Below, piece by piece: positions 1 through 9,088 of a stretch of 54,267 bases of DNA. Within the stretch, counting starts at the first letter, position 1, and every line of letters starts with the position of its first letter. Under the pieces are notes generated by a model. It saw only the letters and a program-made list of their open reading frames with translations. It was not told the origin of the DNA and made no database searches. Both the position numbers and the translations under genes were made by a program. Origin of the DNA: a virus (lineage: Duplodnaviria > Caudoviricetes); IMG/VR virus record IMGVR_UViG_3300038530_001000, positions 1 to 54,267 of that record. The stretch is one strand, 5' to 3'.

Positions 1-137
1 TGTGCCCTCCTGTCTTGTTCCTGCTGCCTAATTGCTTGGTCGTAGTCCTCTAGCAGTTTAGGGTCTGCAACCAGGAGCAAATCCCTCAGATCTTTTTGAT
101 ATCTTTCCTGGTTCCTACGAAGCATTTGTAGCTTGAG
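1..137. repeat. Terminal direct repeat / circular assembly overlap (copy 1)
   Basis: 1-137 matches 54131-54267 except position 60 (A) vs 54190 (G). Confidence 0.97.
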
Positions 138-329
138 GATGTCATTCTTTGAGAGCGCATTAAACGTCGAGCTTTTACGTTGTACCTCGAAGTTGTTAAG
201 AGCTTCTCCGAAATCAGACACAAGAGCCATCGCTTGTTGCACGTTGGCTTTGCCTTCATTGACATTTTGGATCACCGAATTGATCTGCTGGAGAAGCATC
301 CCAGCGGCTGCAACAGACTCGATAATCAT
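1..329 (-). CDS. 5' part of a 154-aa coiled-coil protein with C-terminal TM helix; spans the contig junction and continues at 54130-53995
   Basis: ATG at 329 (MIIESVAAAGMLLQQINS...) reads without a stop into MLRRNQERYQKDL..., the ORF listed at 53995..54255. Confidence 0.8.
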   Translation of the reverse strand, partial: MIIESVAAAGMLLQQINSVIQNVNEGKANVQQAMALVSDFGEALNNFEVQRKSSTFNALSKNDILKLQMLRRNQERYQKDLRDLLLVADPKLLEDYDQAIRQQEQDRRA

Positions 330-332
330 GGG

Positions 333-536
333 TTATACGCTTATATTTACTCGTTGTGTCGATGCTAATTGCTGCGCCTCGACCCTGTTGCCCTCTTTGG
401 TGTACATAGTTGGTATGATTGTCTCTACCGCTTCACGCACAGTCTCGCCTTCCGCGCCGGTTCTCAAACGCTCCTGCTTTTGTACAGCGACTTGCTTCCA
501 ACTGACCTGCGCTGTGTCATTAATGCTTATTTCCAT
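333..536 (-). CDS. Hypothetical protein (67 aa)
   Basis: Fits tightly in the minus-strand operon; purine-rich RBS-like sequence upstream. Confidence 0.65.
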   Translation of the reverse strand: MEISINDTAQVSWKQVAVQKQERLRTGAEGETVREAVETIIPTMYTKEGNRVEAQQLASTQRVNISV

Positions 537-1230
537 CTTGTGATCCCTCTACAGGAAAACAATTTATGTTGGCGGCTACTGTCCTTCGCTCGCCTTCCCC
601 CTGAAACGGATACACCATGTGCTGCATCCAGCTGGGGAATAAGTACAAACGTCCGACTATTGGTCGAGCAACGACGCTTTGCGTAGGCTTCAGCCGTTCT
701 CTGTCCCATGTGCTCGAGGCCCCGTAGTTAAAATGTAAACATCCGTCACTCTCGCCACTAGAGTTGTATAACCCGTATTCTTGCGATCCCGGTCTTGACC
801 CCTGTGCTATCTGAGGCGGTACTTTCGTCCACGTTGTACAGCTAACACCCATGACGGTTTTAGTGCCGTGATCGTGAATCGGGTTGTAATCACCTTGGTA
901 GCTGTGGACTGACCAAAGCTCATCCATCTCGACGCTTCTGTTGCCGTCCAGAACCTGACCAGATTGAGCCATGAACTGATTGATGTACGTGACGCTCATC
1001 TCACACAGAAACTTAGAAAAGGGTACTAGCCTTGGGTCTTCGTGATCCATAACAAGCTGCTCGCCTGTCTTGATCTGGCCTACGAGCGTATGCGCTGCAC
1101 TAACCCTATCGTCCTGCGTGACAAGTTCATCAAGATAGTCGTTACACGCCTCTACGAACTCTGTCGGGATGTCCAACTCCATCAAAAACACTGACGGAAG
1201 AGGATGCATCTTGTACGAAATTTCAGCCAT
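520..1230 (-). CDS. 2OG-Fe(II) oxygenase superfamily protein (TIGR02466-like)
   Basis: YNPIHDH (HxH iron ligands), LFPSWMQHMVYPF (distal His), RRTVAAN (2OG-binding Arg). Confidence 0.85.
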   Translation of the reverse strand: MAEISYKMHPLPSVFLMELDIPTEFVEACNDYLDELVTQDDRVSAAHTLVGQIKTGEQLVMDHEDPRLVPFSKFLCEMSVTYINQFMAQSGQVLDGNRSVEMDELWSVHSYQGDYNPIHDHGTKTVMGVSCTTWTKVPPQIAQGSRPGSQEYGLYNSSGESDGCLHFNYGASSTWDRERLKPTQSVVARPIVGRLYLFPSWMQHMVYPFQGEGERRTVAANINCFPVEGSQDGNKH

Positions 1231-1411
1231 TTATGGCTTCGACAGCAGCTTTTCCCTCGCCTTCTTCTGGCCCTTCTTCTGATTCAACCAACTGAGCATC
1301 AGCTTGTACCTTAATCTTCATCATCAAAGGCCAAGTCCCAGTTTTGCTAGGCATATCGCCCAGTACCGCTAGGATTGCGTTGATCTCATGTTCTTCTAGG
1401 TTGATTTGCAC
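1223..1411 (-). CDS. Small acidic hypothetical protein (tail-fibre associated)
   Basis: In operon; GTG start with GGAA upstream; overlaps next gene start. Confidence 0.65.
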   Translation of the reverse strand: MQINLEEHEINAILAVLGDMPSKTGTWPLMMKIKVQADAQLVESEEGPEEGEGKAAVEAING

Positions 1412-1423
1412 GTTCTATTTTCC

Positions 1424-1678
1424 TTATGGCTTATATGCTTTTGCGGCTGCTACAGCAGAGTCGATGGCAGAAAAGTCCTCTGACCCCCAATCGCCTAGCG
1501 CCTTGCCGTATTCTAAATAACCGGCACTACGCAGTACACGCTCTTGCTTCTCAGCACCTGTGAGATCGTTGCCGAACTCGTTATCAGATGCCAACACACT
1601 GGTGATAACATTCGCGCCATTTAACATGGCTTGGTACATCTTCGCTTTTTCTTCGTCGGTTCTAGCCTCTTCAGACAT
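1424..1678 (-). CDS. Hypothetical protein (84 aa)
   Basis: Strong RBS AGGAGG; operon context. Confidence 0.75.
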   Translation of the reverse strand: MSEEARTDEEKAKMYQAMLNGANVITSVLASDNEFGNDLTGAEKQERVLRSAGYLEYGKALGDWGSEDFSAIDSAVAAAKAYKP

Positions 1679-1687
1679 TTATTCCTC

Positions 1688-2008
1688 CTACGACTTTGGG
1701 TATTTATCTTTAATCGCTTGTATGTCAGCTTTCCAAGCGTCAATTCCTTCGTGATATATTTTGTCCAGTTGATCCTCGATAGAAGGGTATTCCGTAACTC
1801 GTTTGTTCGCGTATGTCAGAGAATTTTCTATTTCTGACTTAGTTTTTTCTCGGAGAGCAACTATCCCCTCTGAATCTGGTTCGCCTTCTTTAGTCAGAAT
1901 AAGATCGTCATCAACTAACATCTCTGTCAAAGAGGAATCCAAATCCTCTGTAATTCGTTTTTTACTACGAATAAACAGAGTCCCGTCAGGTTTGAAATAT
2001 AAATACAT
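1688..2008 (-). CDS. Tail-fibre-associated / assembly chaperone-like protein
   Basis: C-terminal EYPSIEDQLDKIYHEGIDAWKADIQAIKDKYPK motif typical of genes after marine phage tail fibres. Confidence 0.7.
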   Translation of the reverse strand: MYLYFKPDGTLFIRSKKRITEDLDSSLTEMLVDDDLILTKEGEPDSEGIVALREKTKSEIENSLTYANKRVTEYPSIEDQLDKIYHEGIDAWKADIQAIKDKYPKS

Positions 2009-2017
2009 GCCTAGCCC

Positions 2018-5000
2018 TTATGTGTCTATGCGATCCCAGCTTGTGAAAGCCGTGTTGAAAGATCGAACATAAACTTCAGTAGATTGAAGTTTTACTGCGA
2101 TCTGAGTAGTAACGTTTCCAGCGTTGCCAAAAACAACCACTGCATGGAAGCTAGTCGTTGGAGCATTCGTTGCGTTGTTGTCAATTCGATACATGCCTGG
2201 GAACAAAACATTATCGTAGTCTGTGGCAGATAAAAGTTGTTGTCCTGCCCCTAATCTTGATATACCGTCACTTTGAATAATCGCCTGCCCACCCGTGCTT
2301 ATATTCAATTCCAAACCGACTTGACCATCGCCATCTGATAGGATGACGCGGTTGGTTGCGGTACGCATGTCTAAGCCATCTTCGTTGCCGTCGAACATTC
2401 CCAAAATAGAATTCTTGGAACCAGTAGTCATACGACTACCACTTCCTGCCCCAACGTAGGTGTTGCCAGTGCCCGTGGTTGTTAGATGTCCTGCGCCAAA
2501 TTCGCCAGAGCTATCGTGACCAACAAATGTATTATCCGTGCCCGTATTTACAGAGAAACCTGCATAAGATCCGATGAGGGTGTTGCCCCTCCCCGTGGTG
2601 ACTGCCGTCCCTGCTTCAAACCCCACTGCTGTATTGTAAGTATTTGTAGCTGTTGTGAAATTTTGTGTGTCTAAAGCACCTGACCCAATCGCTACAGACC
2701 TACTTCCTAACGTGTCAGAACCCAAAGCTCCTATGCCCACAGCTACGTTAAAGTCAGCGTCAGTTAAGGCATCACCTGCAAGACCACCAACGATAGTGTT
2801 CTGAACTCCCGTGGTGATATGATCGCCTGCACTGTAGCCAACAGCGACGTTGTAACCATTTGTAGCAGTGGTGAAATTTTGACGAAGCAAGGCGTTCATA
2901 CCGACCGCAACAGCACGACTTCCTTGTGTATCTGCACCTAACGCATCAACCCCTACTACTACATTACTGCCGCCGGTGGTCAGAACATCGCCTGCTAGAC
3001 CTCCAATAATAGTGTTGTATAGCCCCGTAGTGACGTCGTTACCTGCGTCAACGCCTACGGCTACGTTGTAAGTATCTGTATCTGTGCTGGGGTTTTGATT
3101 TTGTAAAGAACCTGATCCTACGGCTACAGCTTTTGCACCGTTTACATTTACTCTCAACGAGGACTCACCAATAGCGGTATTCTTATCTTGGTCTGTATTA
3201 GCCCTGAGAGCAGAACCGCCAATAGCGACATTGCTATCGCCCGTAGTATTTGACAGCAGCGCAGCTTCGCCAAAAGCGTTGTTAAACTGCCCTTCTGTGG
3301 TTGCTCCTAAAGCGTTATAACCGAAAGCATTGTTGTTAGTGCCTGTGGTAATCGCATCGCCTGCAAGGCCACCGACAAGGGTGTTCTTGGTTCCCGTAGT
3401 GACGTTTAGACCTGCTTGCTCGCCTACTGCCACGTTGTAAGTATCGGTGGCAGTAGTGAAATTTTGAGAAAATAAAGCCGCAAAACCAACAGCGACTGAC
3501 CTACTGCCCAAAGTATCCGATGTCAGCGCATCTTTACCGATGGCAACATTTCTTGTCCCTTCAGTAAGCGCATCAGCGGCAAGACCGCCGACGATGGTGT
3601 TGAAGATTCCCGTTGTGATTCCACCACCAGCAAAATAACCCGCACCAACATTATAATTATCTGTGTTTGTGGTGAAATTTTGTACAGCTAACGCGCCTAA
3701 ACCTATAGCTACGGCCCTATCACCTTTTGTATCAGCGCTTAGAGCTTGATAACCAAGAGCAGTGTTGTTATTGCCCGTGGTAAGGGCATCACCTGCAATA
3801 CCACCAATAAGGGTGTTGTTGGTTCCGGTTGTGATTACATGGCCCGCTTCAAAGCCCACCGCTGTATTGAAAGTATCTGTGGCGGTAGTAAAATTTTGAA
3901 CCTCTAAAGTCCCGTAACCAACGGCGGTAGATTTACTACCTAGAACGTCAACGTCTAATGCGCCAAAACCAACAGCGACGTTGAAGTCAGCATCCGTTAG
4001 TCCGTCCCCAGCAAAAGCACCCACAAGGACATTTCTAGCACCAGTGGTAATGGACGTTCCTGCGTCAACTCCAACCGCTACATTATATGATTCTGCTCCA
4101 GCGTTTAGTGTCTTGAGCGCCCTATAGCCAACAGCTACGGCATTGCCGTTACCATCTTCAGTGCTTAACGCCTCATACCCAACCGCCACGTTGTAATTAC
4201 CCGTAGTCAGAGCGTCCCCTGCTAGACCACCGATTAGGGTGTTCTGAACCCCTGTGCTGATTGATTTGCCTGCTTGATGACCTACCGCTACCGAGAACGC
4301 ATTTGCCCCAGCGTCTTGGGATTCCAATGCCTCGTAACCAATCGCTATATTGCCGCCGTGTGCATCTTCAGTTTTTAGAGCATCCTGCCCGATGGCTATA
4401 TTGAAATCCCCCGTGCTTATAGCGGTTCCCGCGTCCTTGCCGATTGTGATGTTAGACGTGCCGCCACTCGCAATACTGTTTCCAGCGTTTTCGCCAATAC
4501 GAATGTTGTCGCTACCTGCCGATGCGGTTAGTAGATCTGCGCCTGTTTCAATTGTGACATTTCCTGCAAAACTTGATGCACCATCGACATCTACAACATC
4601 AAGATTAGCGGTGCCATCTACGTCTAAATCGCCTGACACGAAGAACGATGGGACAGACAGATCAGTAAACGCATCAACCATCGCGCCACCAGAACCTGCA
4701 CCATCGCTGTAAATTGCTTTGGTCTGACCGTTAAGTATGGTGATGGTGGCACCAGAACCTTGCTTGATGATGATGCTCTGCGATCCGCTGGTTGCGTTCT
4801 CGATAAACCACAACTTACTAACCGTGTTTGGCCCTATAGTGATGGTGCAAGTGCTATCAAGAGTTCCAGTGTATTTAAGAAACATGCTCCTGCCGGGATC
4901 AGTAGACCCATCGGCAATAGTAGTAGTGTGGGTATCAGCATTAGTCGTAATAGCTTCCGTGCCAAAGCTGAATGCCTCTGCAATTAGCTCTAAATTTGTA

Positions 5001-5080
5001 TTGGTACTGGTTCCCCAGGTGCCTGCCTCGTCACCAGTAGCAATCTCTTTTAGGCGTAGATCGTTAACATAAGTTGCCAT
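2018..5080 (-). CDS. Tail fibre / receptor-binding protein (1020 aa)
   Basis: N-terminal anchor (LRLKEIATGDEAGTWGTSTNTNL), many N-x-A-[VI]-G beta-roll repeats (YadA-head-like), C-terminal pyocin-knob-like domain (GMYRI...NAP...QIA...VYVRS...W). Confidence 0.88.
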   Translation of the reverse strand: MATYVNDLRLKEIATGDEAGTWGTSTNTNLELIAEAFSFGTEAITTNADTHTTTIADGSTDPGRSMFLKYTGTLDSTCTITIGPNTVSKLWFIENATSGSQSIIIKQGSGATITILNGQTKAIYSDGAGSGGAMVDAFTDLSVPSFFVSGDLDVDGTANLDVVDVDGASSFAGNVTIETGADLLTASAGSDNIRIGENAGNSIASGGTSNITIGKDAGTAISTGDFNIAIGQDALKTEDAHGGNIAIGYEALESQDAGANAFSVAVGHQAGKSISTGVQNTLIGGLAGDALTTGNYNVAVGYEALSTEDGNGNAVAVGYRALKTLNAGAESYNVAVGVDAGTSITTGARNVLVGAFAGDGLTDADFNVAVGFGALDVDVLGSKSTAVGYGTLEVQNFTTATDTFNTAVGFEAGHVITTGTNNTLIGGIAGDALTTGNNNTALGYQALSADTKGDRAVAIGLGALAVQNFTTNTDNYNVGAGYFAGGGITTGIFNTIVGGLAADALTEGTRNVAIGKDALTSDTLGSRSVAVGFAALFSQNFTTATDTYNVAVGEQAGLNVTTGTKNTLVGGLAGDAITTGTNNNAFGYNALGATTEGQFNNAFGEAALLSNTTGDSNVAIGGSALRANTDQDKNTAIGESSLRVNVNGAKAVAVGSGSLQNQNPSTDTDTYNVAVGVDAGNDVTTGLYNTIIGGLAGDVLTTGGSNVVVGVDALGADTQGSRAVAVGMNALLRQNFTTATNGYNVAVGYSAGDHITTGVQNTIVGGLAGDALTDADFNVAVGIGALGSDTLGSRSVAIGSGALDTQNFTTATNTYNTAVGFEAGTAVTTGRGNTLIGSYAGFSVNTGTDNTFVGHDSSGEFGAGHLTTTGTGNTYVGAGSGSRMTTGSKNSILGMFDGNEDGLDMRTATNRVILSDGDGQVGLELNISTGGQAIIQSDGISRLGAGQQLLSATDYDNVLFPGMYRIDNNATNAPTTSFHAVVVFGNAGNVTTQIAVKLQSTEVYVRSFNTAFTSWDRIDT

Positions 5081-5218
5081 CTATCTTCTCCGACTTTTCG
5101 TCTTAGGCTTTGGCTTCTTCATAGACGCCACATGCTTCTTGAGCGCTTCAGCTTGCTTCTTGTGAGTTTTAGAAGCTTTCTCTAAACCCTTAATAACCTT
5201 TTTGACCCTTCGTACCAT
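5081..5218 (-). CDS. Small highly basic protein (45 aa, MVRRVKKVIKGLEKASKTHKKQA...)
   Basis: ATG at 5218 overlaps the previous stop; RBS GAGG; start corrected from the ORF track. Confidence 0.65.
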   Translation of the reverse strand: MVRRVKKVIKGLEKASKTHKKQAEALKKHVASMKKPKPKTKSRRR

Positions 5219-5787
5219 TAGGCTACCTCTTCCCAGTTCGCTGTTTGGCTTGTTGATACAGCCGAGTAATTTGGTGTCTGACTGTCCGATACAGCCGAGT
5301 AGTTTGCCGTTTGACCTGGTATGACAAGGCTCCAAACATTTGTTGTACCAGTTGCACCAGTAGCAGAAACGCCAGTGACAGCAACGACGGCACTGGCTGT
5401 AGTCGATACTGAACCCACTGAGCCAGTCGCTTCAAATCCGTCGACAGCGATATTGTTGTCGCACTTGAGCGTAACGGTGCCCACAGCACTCGTTGCAGAT
5501 ACGCCCGTGACGCTGACATCCGCATTTGCAGAAACGGAAACAGATCCAACTGTTCCAGTTCCCGCCACACCCGTAAGAGATACCGTAACACCCGTTCCCT
5601 CAACGATAGATACGGAACCGACCGCCCCCGTTCCAGAAACGCCTGTGATAGAAACATCTGCGTTTGCGCTGACTGTGACCGATCCGACCGCGCCTGTGCC
5701 AGCTTGACCCGTGACTGTGACAGGGATCTCTTCATTCCAAGCACCTTCGCCCCAAGTGCCTCTACCCCAGCCATTGACAATCGCCAT
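5218..5787 (-). CDS. Virion structural protein with Gly/Val/Thr/Ser beta repeats and an N-terminal WG motif
   Basis: Repeats like VTGVSATGAVGSV; GWGRGTWGEGAW; tail module context. Confidence 0.7.
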   Translation of the reverse strand: MAIVNGWGRGTWGEGAWNEEIPVTVTGQAGTGAVGSVTVSANADVSITGVSGTGAVGSVSIVEGTGVTVSLTGVAGTGTVGSVSVSANADVSVTGVSATSAVGTVTLKCDNNIAVDGFEATGSVGSVSTTASAVVAVTGVSATGATGTTNVWSLVIPGQTANYSAVSDSQTPNYSAVSTSQTANWEEVA

Positions 5788-5790
5788 TTA

Positions 5791-6219
5791 TTAAGCAATG
5801 CGAATGATTGCGTTGCTTGCATCGGCAGTGGGAAACTGGATCGTAAAGTCACCAGCCGTGCTTGTTTTGTCACCACCAAACGCTAACGTGCAAACAGCTT
5901 TGTCTGACTGGGTATCGTTATAGATCAAGGCACCGTTTGCCGTGATCGTGCTCGAACTGAAAGTCAAATCTGCAAAGTCACAGAACGCTGTCGTGCCTGA
6001 TGTTGTAGGCGTCACACTTGTCAACGCTGCGCCTGCCGCCGTGTACCCTGTTCCTGACACCTCGTTCGATGTCGTGTATGCAGTTGTGCTTGCATTCAAA
6101 GTTGCAGAGCTTGTGTACAACGCCAACTTAAAACTGTTACCAGAGGTAGCGGTGAAGTTGTGTGTTCCGACAAGTATCTCTTGCTTGAACGAAGTGCAAA
6201 GTGCAGATGTGATGCTCAT
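5791..6219 (-). CDS. Virion (tail) structural protein
   Basis: CTSFKQEILVGTHNF...FKLALYTSSA...EVSGTGYTAAG...FGGDKTSTAGDFTIQFP, a familiar conserved phage structural family. Confidence 0.75.
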   Translation of the reverse strand: MSITSALCTSFKQEILVGTHNFTATSGNSFKLALYTSSATLNASTTAYTTSNEVSGTGYTAAGAALTSVTPTTSGTTAFCDFADLTFSSSTITANGALIYNDTQSDKAVCTLAFGGDKTSTAGDFTIQFPTADASNAIIRIA

Positions 6220-6500
6220 GTAAGTCTCCGTATGATGTTTGCCAGATCAGGTTGTCCTTGAGCTTCAACTTCAGCAGCTAAAGTTGCACGGTCACTCTTG
6301 ATCGCTTCTCGTATGTAATATCCAACTACATTATGTATGTGATCTTGAAACGCCAACGCCTGCTCCTTTATTAAAGGATGTGTGTTTTCTCCAACGCTCA
6401 CGATTCTTTTTGTCGCTGCGTCTGTCCAAAACTCTGCGTCGTGCCCTCCGTTATCTGTCGTCGCAACTAACACAGTGCCGACATGACCTACTGCTGTCAT
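6216..6500 (-). CDS. Conserved phage hypothetical protein
   Basis: ATGA overlaps on both sides; operon context. Confidence 0.7.
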   Translation of the reverse strand: MTAVGHVGTVLVATTDNGGHDAEFWTDAATKRIVSVGENTHPLIKEQALAFQDHIHNVVGYYIREAIKSDRATLAAEVEAQGQPDLANIIRRLT

Positions 6501-7135
6501 CTAGCAGACCTTACAGCACCTGATCGGTAGCTGTCTGTTGTGCTGTAGCCTTCACCCAAAGCAATCAACTCCTGCATAGCGGAGTCGTATCTTGCTTGAT
6601 ACAACTGCATCAAATCAGGCTCACCCTTGAGGAAGGTGTATGCCTCAACTAGCGATCCATACAGCAAAGCGTTTTCAGCGTTTGACCCCAGCCAGCTTGT
6701 GCCATCTGAAGACACTGTGATCGACTGTGGCTCGTAAAAATAGTGTAGCTCGACGGTCAAGTTGCCACTCGGCGTTGGGCCGAGAATAAACGTCGTGTCA
6801 TCAAAGATAGCGTAATGCTTGGGTATCCCAGTCGTTGACTCCACAGGATATGCTTGGCGTATGAAGTTCACATCTTTGAACATCAGATACTCATAGCCAC
6901 TGTTATCCACAGCTAGAGAGTACGGTGCCAAAAAGTCAGATGGCGTCTCTAAGTAGCTGTTCGACTGCGTTGTGGTGCCCGTGACATTCTTTCTGAAGTT
7001 TGGCAACTGCACAGTCTTCAGTATGCGCTCCTCTGCCTGCGTAATGATCGTGGGCAGATTGTTAACGAGCGTAGTCTCGTCTGTCTCCAGATAGTCCTGT
7101 ATCGCCTGCTTGAGCGTGGTGAACGTGAAGGCCAT
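6497..7135 (-). CDS. Head-tail adaptor / tail tubular protein-like
   Basis: G.PKHYA...LGPTP....VELHYFY.P and LLYGSLVEAYTFLKGE motifs; position after head genes. Confidence 0.7.
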   Translation of the reverse strand: MAFTFTTLKQAIQDYLETDETTLVNNLPTIITQAEERILKTVQLPNFRKNVTGTTTQSNSYLETPSDFLAPYSLAVDNSGYEYLMFKDVNFIRQAYPVESTTGIPKHYAIFDDTTFILGPTPSGNLTVELHYFYEPQSITVSSDGTSWLGSNAENALLYGSLVEAYTFLKGEPDLMQLYQARYDSAMQELIALGEGYSTTDSYRSGAVRSAR

Positions 7136-7452
7136 TAGCTTGTTATCACCGTGACTTTCCCGACGTGACCAACGCAGTCTAGCCCGACTTGGCCTACAGG
7201 ATTAAACGACGCCAGTATTCTGCTTTCTTCCAAGCCTCGATCCGGCCTTGGGTTACGTAAAGCTTTTGGATCATCGACCTTTAGCCTGCCTAACTGCAAC
7301 TGAGGCTGATCTGGATCTACAACGTCCCTGCCAACCAAGAACCCAGTGGGTCTCTGGTTCACTATCTCTGGTACCAAGTCTTTCAGCGGATACCTAAACC
7401 CAGTGAGATCGCAGTAACCAAACGCATACTTGCCTTTAGTAAATGAACTCAA
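7135..7452 (-). CDS. Conserved phage protein (CDLTGFRY...PQL...ALRNPRPD)
   Basis: Motif typical of the gene between the two adaptors in such podoviruses. Confidence 0.65.
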   Translation of the reverse strand: MSSFTKGKYAFGYCDLTGFRYPLKDLVPEIVNQRPTGFLVGRDVVDPDQPQLQLGRLKVDDPKALRNPRPDRGLEESRILASFNPVGQVGLDCVGHVGKVTVITS

Positions 7453-8141
7453 AACGAATATCCTCCTGGTGACACATACAATGACGCCTTATTGCGATCT
7501 GAATCAGATGCCAACGTCCACTGCTCTTCGTAATCTGCCTTCAAAGCTTGCGCTCTAGCGCCTGCCGCTGGGTACTTCAGACTTAGCTGATACGACAACC
7601 CGCTAACCAAACACGGCAAGAACCTAGCTGGGATGTCGATGTTGTTGGATGCTGGGCTTCCTGCATCTTGCACCCGCTCCATGTAGTAATACCCGAACTG
7701 ATAGGTCTCCTGATCGTCTGGCGTGGGCCACAAGTTGATCGTGATAGAGTCCACATTCTTTTCAACGTAATACTGTAACGGCTTGCTGCGCGTCAGCTTG
7801 TTGGACAGATTAGAGTATTGGCTCACCGATATGCGAGTCATAGACTGATCGAACTGTGAGTTCTGCTCACCAGCATCTGTCCTGATAAACGCCTCTACAA
7901 TATCGAGCACCTTGCCATCTAGCTGGTACTGATTGCTACCAGCGGTGAGCGCCTGTGTAGCAAACTCTACAGACCACAGGTTCAGCCCTCTATTCTGCCA
8001 CTCCAGCATCATTAGGTTCAGACTTCTGCGGGCAGTCTTGTAGTCATAACCGCTGCGAAGCTCTAGCCCAGCACGCTCAAACGCTTCTTCCATAGCATCG
8101 GAAAGATCTAGGTTAAATGTAAACGTGCCGCTTGTAGCCAC
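7449..8141 (-). CDS. Head-tail adaptor / head completion protein (P22 gp4 / T7 gp11-like)
   Basis: EEAFERAG...TARRSLNLMMLEWQNRGLNLW...LWPTPD...IPARFLPCLVSGL. Confidence 0.75.
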   Translation of the reverse strand: MATSGTFTFNLDLSDAMEEAFERAGLELRSGYDYKTARRSLNLMMLEWQNRGLNLWSVEFATQALTAGSNQYQLDGKVLDIVEAFIRTDAGEQNSQFDQSMTRISVSQYSNLSNKLTRSKPLQYYVEKNVDSITINLWPTPDDQETYQFGYYYMERVQDAGSPASNNIDIPARFLPCLVSGLSYQLSLKYPAAGARAQALKADYEEQWTLASDSDRNKASLYVSPGGYSF

Positions 8142-8359
8142 TACGGCCTCCTAGCCTTTCGCTTCTTCTTGCTAACGCCTGCCTCATTCAGAGCAATGGC
8201 GATAGCCTGCTTTCGATTCTTTACTTTTTTACCAGAGCCACCAGCCTTCAGCTTGCCTTCTTTGAACTCCTTCATCACCTTTTTCACCTTCGCCTGCTTC
8301 TTCTTCTTGGCTGGTGAACTGCTGATCTGCTTCTTCATCTGTGCTCTGCTGATCGGCAT
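8141..8359 (-). CDS. Small Lys-rich basic protein
   Basis: KVKKVMKEFKEGKLKAGGSGKKVKNRKQAIAIALNEAG. Confidence 0.75.
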   Translation of the reverse strand: MPISRAQMKKQISSSPAKKKKQAKVKKVMKEFKEGKLKAGGSGKKVKNRKQAIAIALNEAGVSKKKRKARRP

Positions 8360-8691
8360 TACTTCTTCCCAAACTTCTGCTTTTGCGATTTAGGAGGACT
8401 TTTCTTGCTACCACTAGGGCCGCTCCAAAAAGTCTTGTTTGCCCAGTAGGCGGCACTTGTCGGCCCCTTGGCTATATTCTTGGCGTGCCTAGCCTTGAAA
8501 CTCTTACGGGCTTCCTTGGAATAGTTGTGGCCCATCTTCTGATCACCAAAGCGTATGATCTTTATTTTCTCGCCATCCCTGACGGCGACCACTGCTTTCT
8601 TCGTGGGATGCTTTGGTGTTCTCTTAACTTTGTTCAGTCCAGTCAGGCCGACCTTTTTCAGCCTGTTCTTCTCAGCATCGGTCAAACTCAT
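8359..8691 (-). CDS. Small basic protein
   Basis: IIRFGDQKM...ARKSFKARH...SAAYWA motif. Confidence 0.75.
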   Translation of the reverse strand: MSLTDAEKNRLKKVGLTGLNKVKRTPKHPTKKAVVAVRDGEKIKIIRFGDQKMGHNYSKEARKSFKARHAKNIAKGPTSAAYWANKTFWSGPSGSKKSPPKSQKQKFGKK

Positions 8692-8942
8692 TTGCGATGC
8701 CTCGCTGTTTTCTTGGCTATCTTCTTGGGCTGCTTGGAGTGCTGCTTTCCTTTCTTTGTGTCTGCCCGTTTCTTTCGGGAAGTGGCAGCGTACTCCTTGT
8801 CCGATAAAGCCTCTCTAGCCTTCTTCGGGAGATACCTCTCACCTGTCGCCTTCTTTCCTTGTGTAGACGGTTTGCCTGACTTGGTGCCCCAGTCTTGCTT
8901 CGTCCACTTCTTTAATGATTTTTGTGATTTCTTGAGAGCCAT
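8688..8942 (-). CDS. Small basic protein (DUF5872-like)
   Basis: QKSLKKWTKQDWGTKSGKPS...GERYLPKKA. Confidence 0.75.
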   Translation of the reverse strand: MALKKSQKSLKKWTKQDWGTKSGKPSTQGKKATGERYLPKKAREALSDKEYAATSRKKRADTKKGKQHSKQPKKIAKKTARHRK

Positions 8943-9088
8943 TACTTACCCTTGTACTTGGCGCTCTTTCTCTTTTTGCCATCAGATCGAGCGATCAGGC
9001 CGCGAGCCTTTGCTTGCGCTTTCTCACTAGCACCCAGCTTCTCACCGCGCTTTAGTTTCTTTTTGATCGTTTCAACGCTTGCTACCAC
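8942..9088 (-). CDS. Small basic protein
   Basis: Probable GTG start at 9088 (MVASVETIKKKLKRGEKLG...); stop overlaps next ATG. Confidence 0.55.
   Translation of the reverse strand: MVASVETIKKKLKRGEKLGASEKAQAKARGLIARSDGKKRKSAKYKGK

Noticed and set aside
2018-5080. Diversity-generating retroelement acting on the tail fibre
   Set aside because: No reverse transcriptase ORF and no template/variable repeat pair with adenine-specific mismatches seen.
5223-5879. 218-aa alternate-frame ORF, and the many antisense ORFs over structural genes (e.g. 8383-9030, 45554-46126)
   Set aside because: Shadows of low-complexity or codon-biased real genes; no RBS or recognisable motifs.
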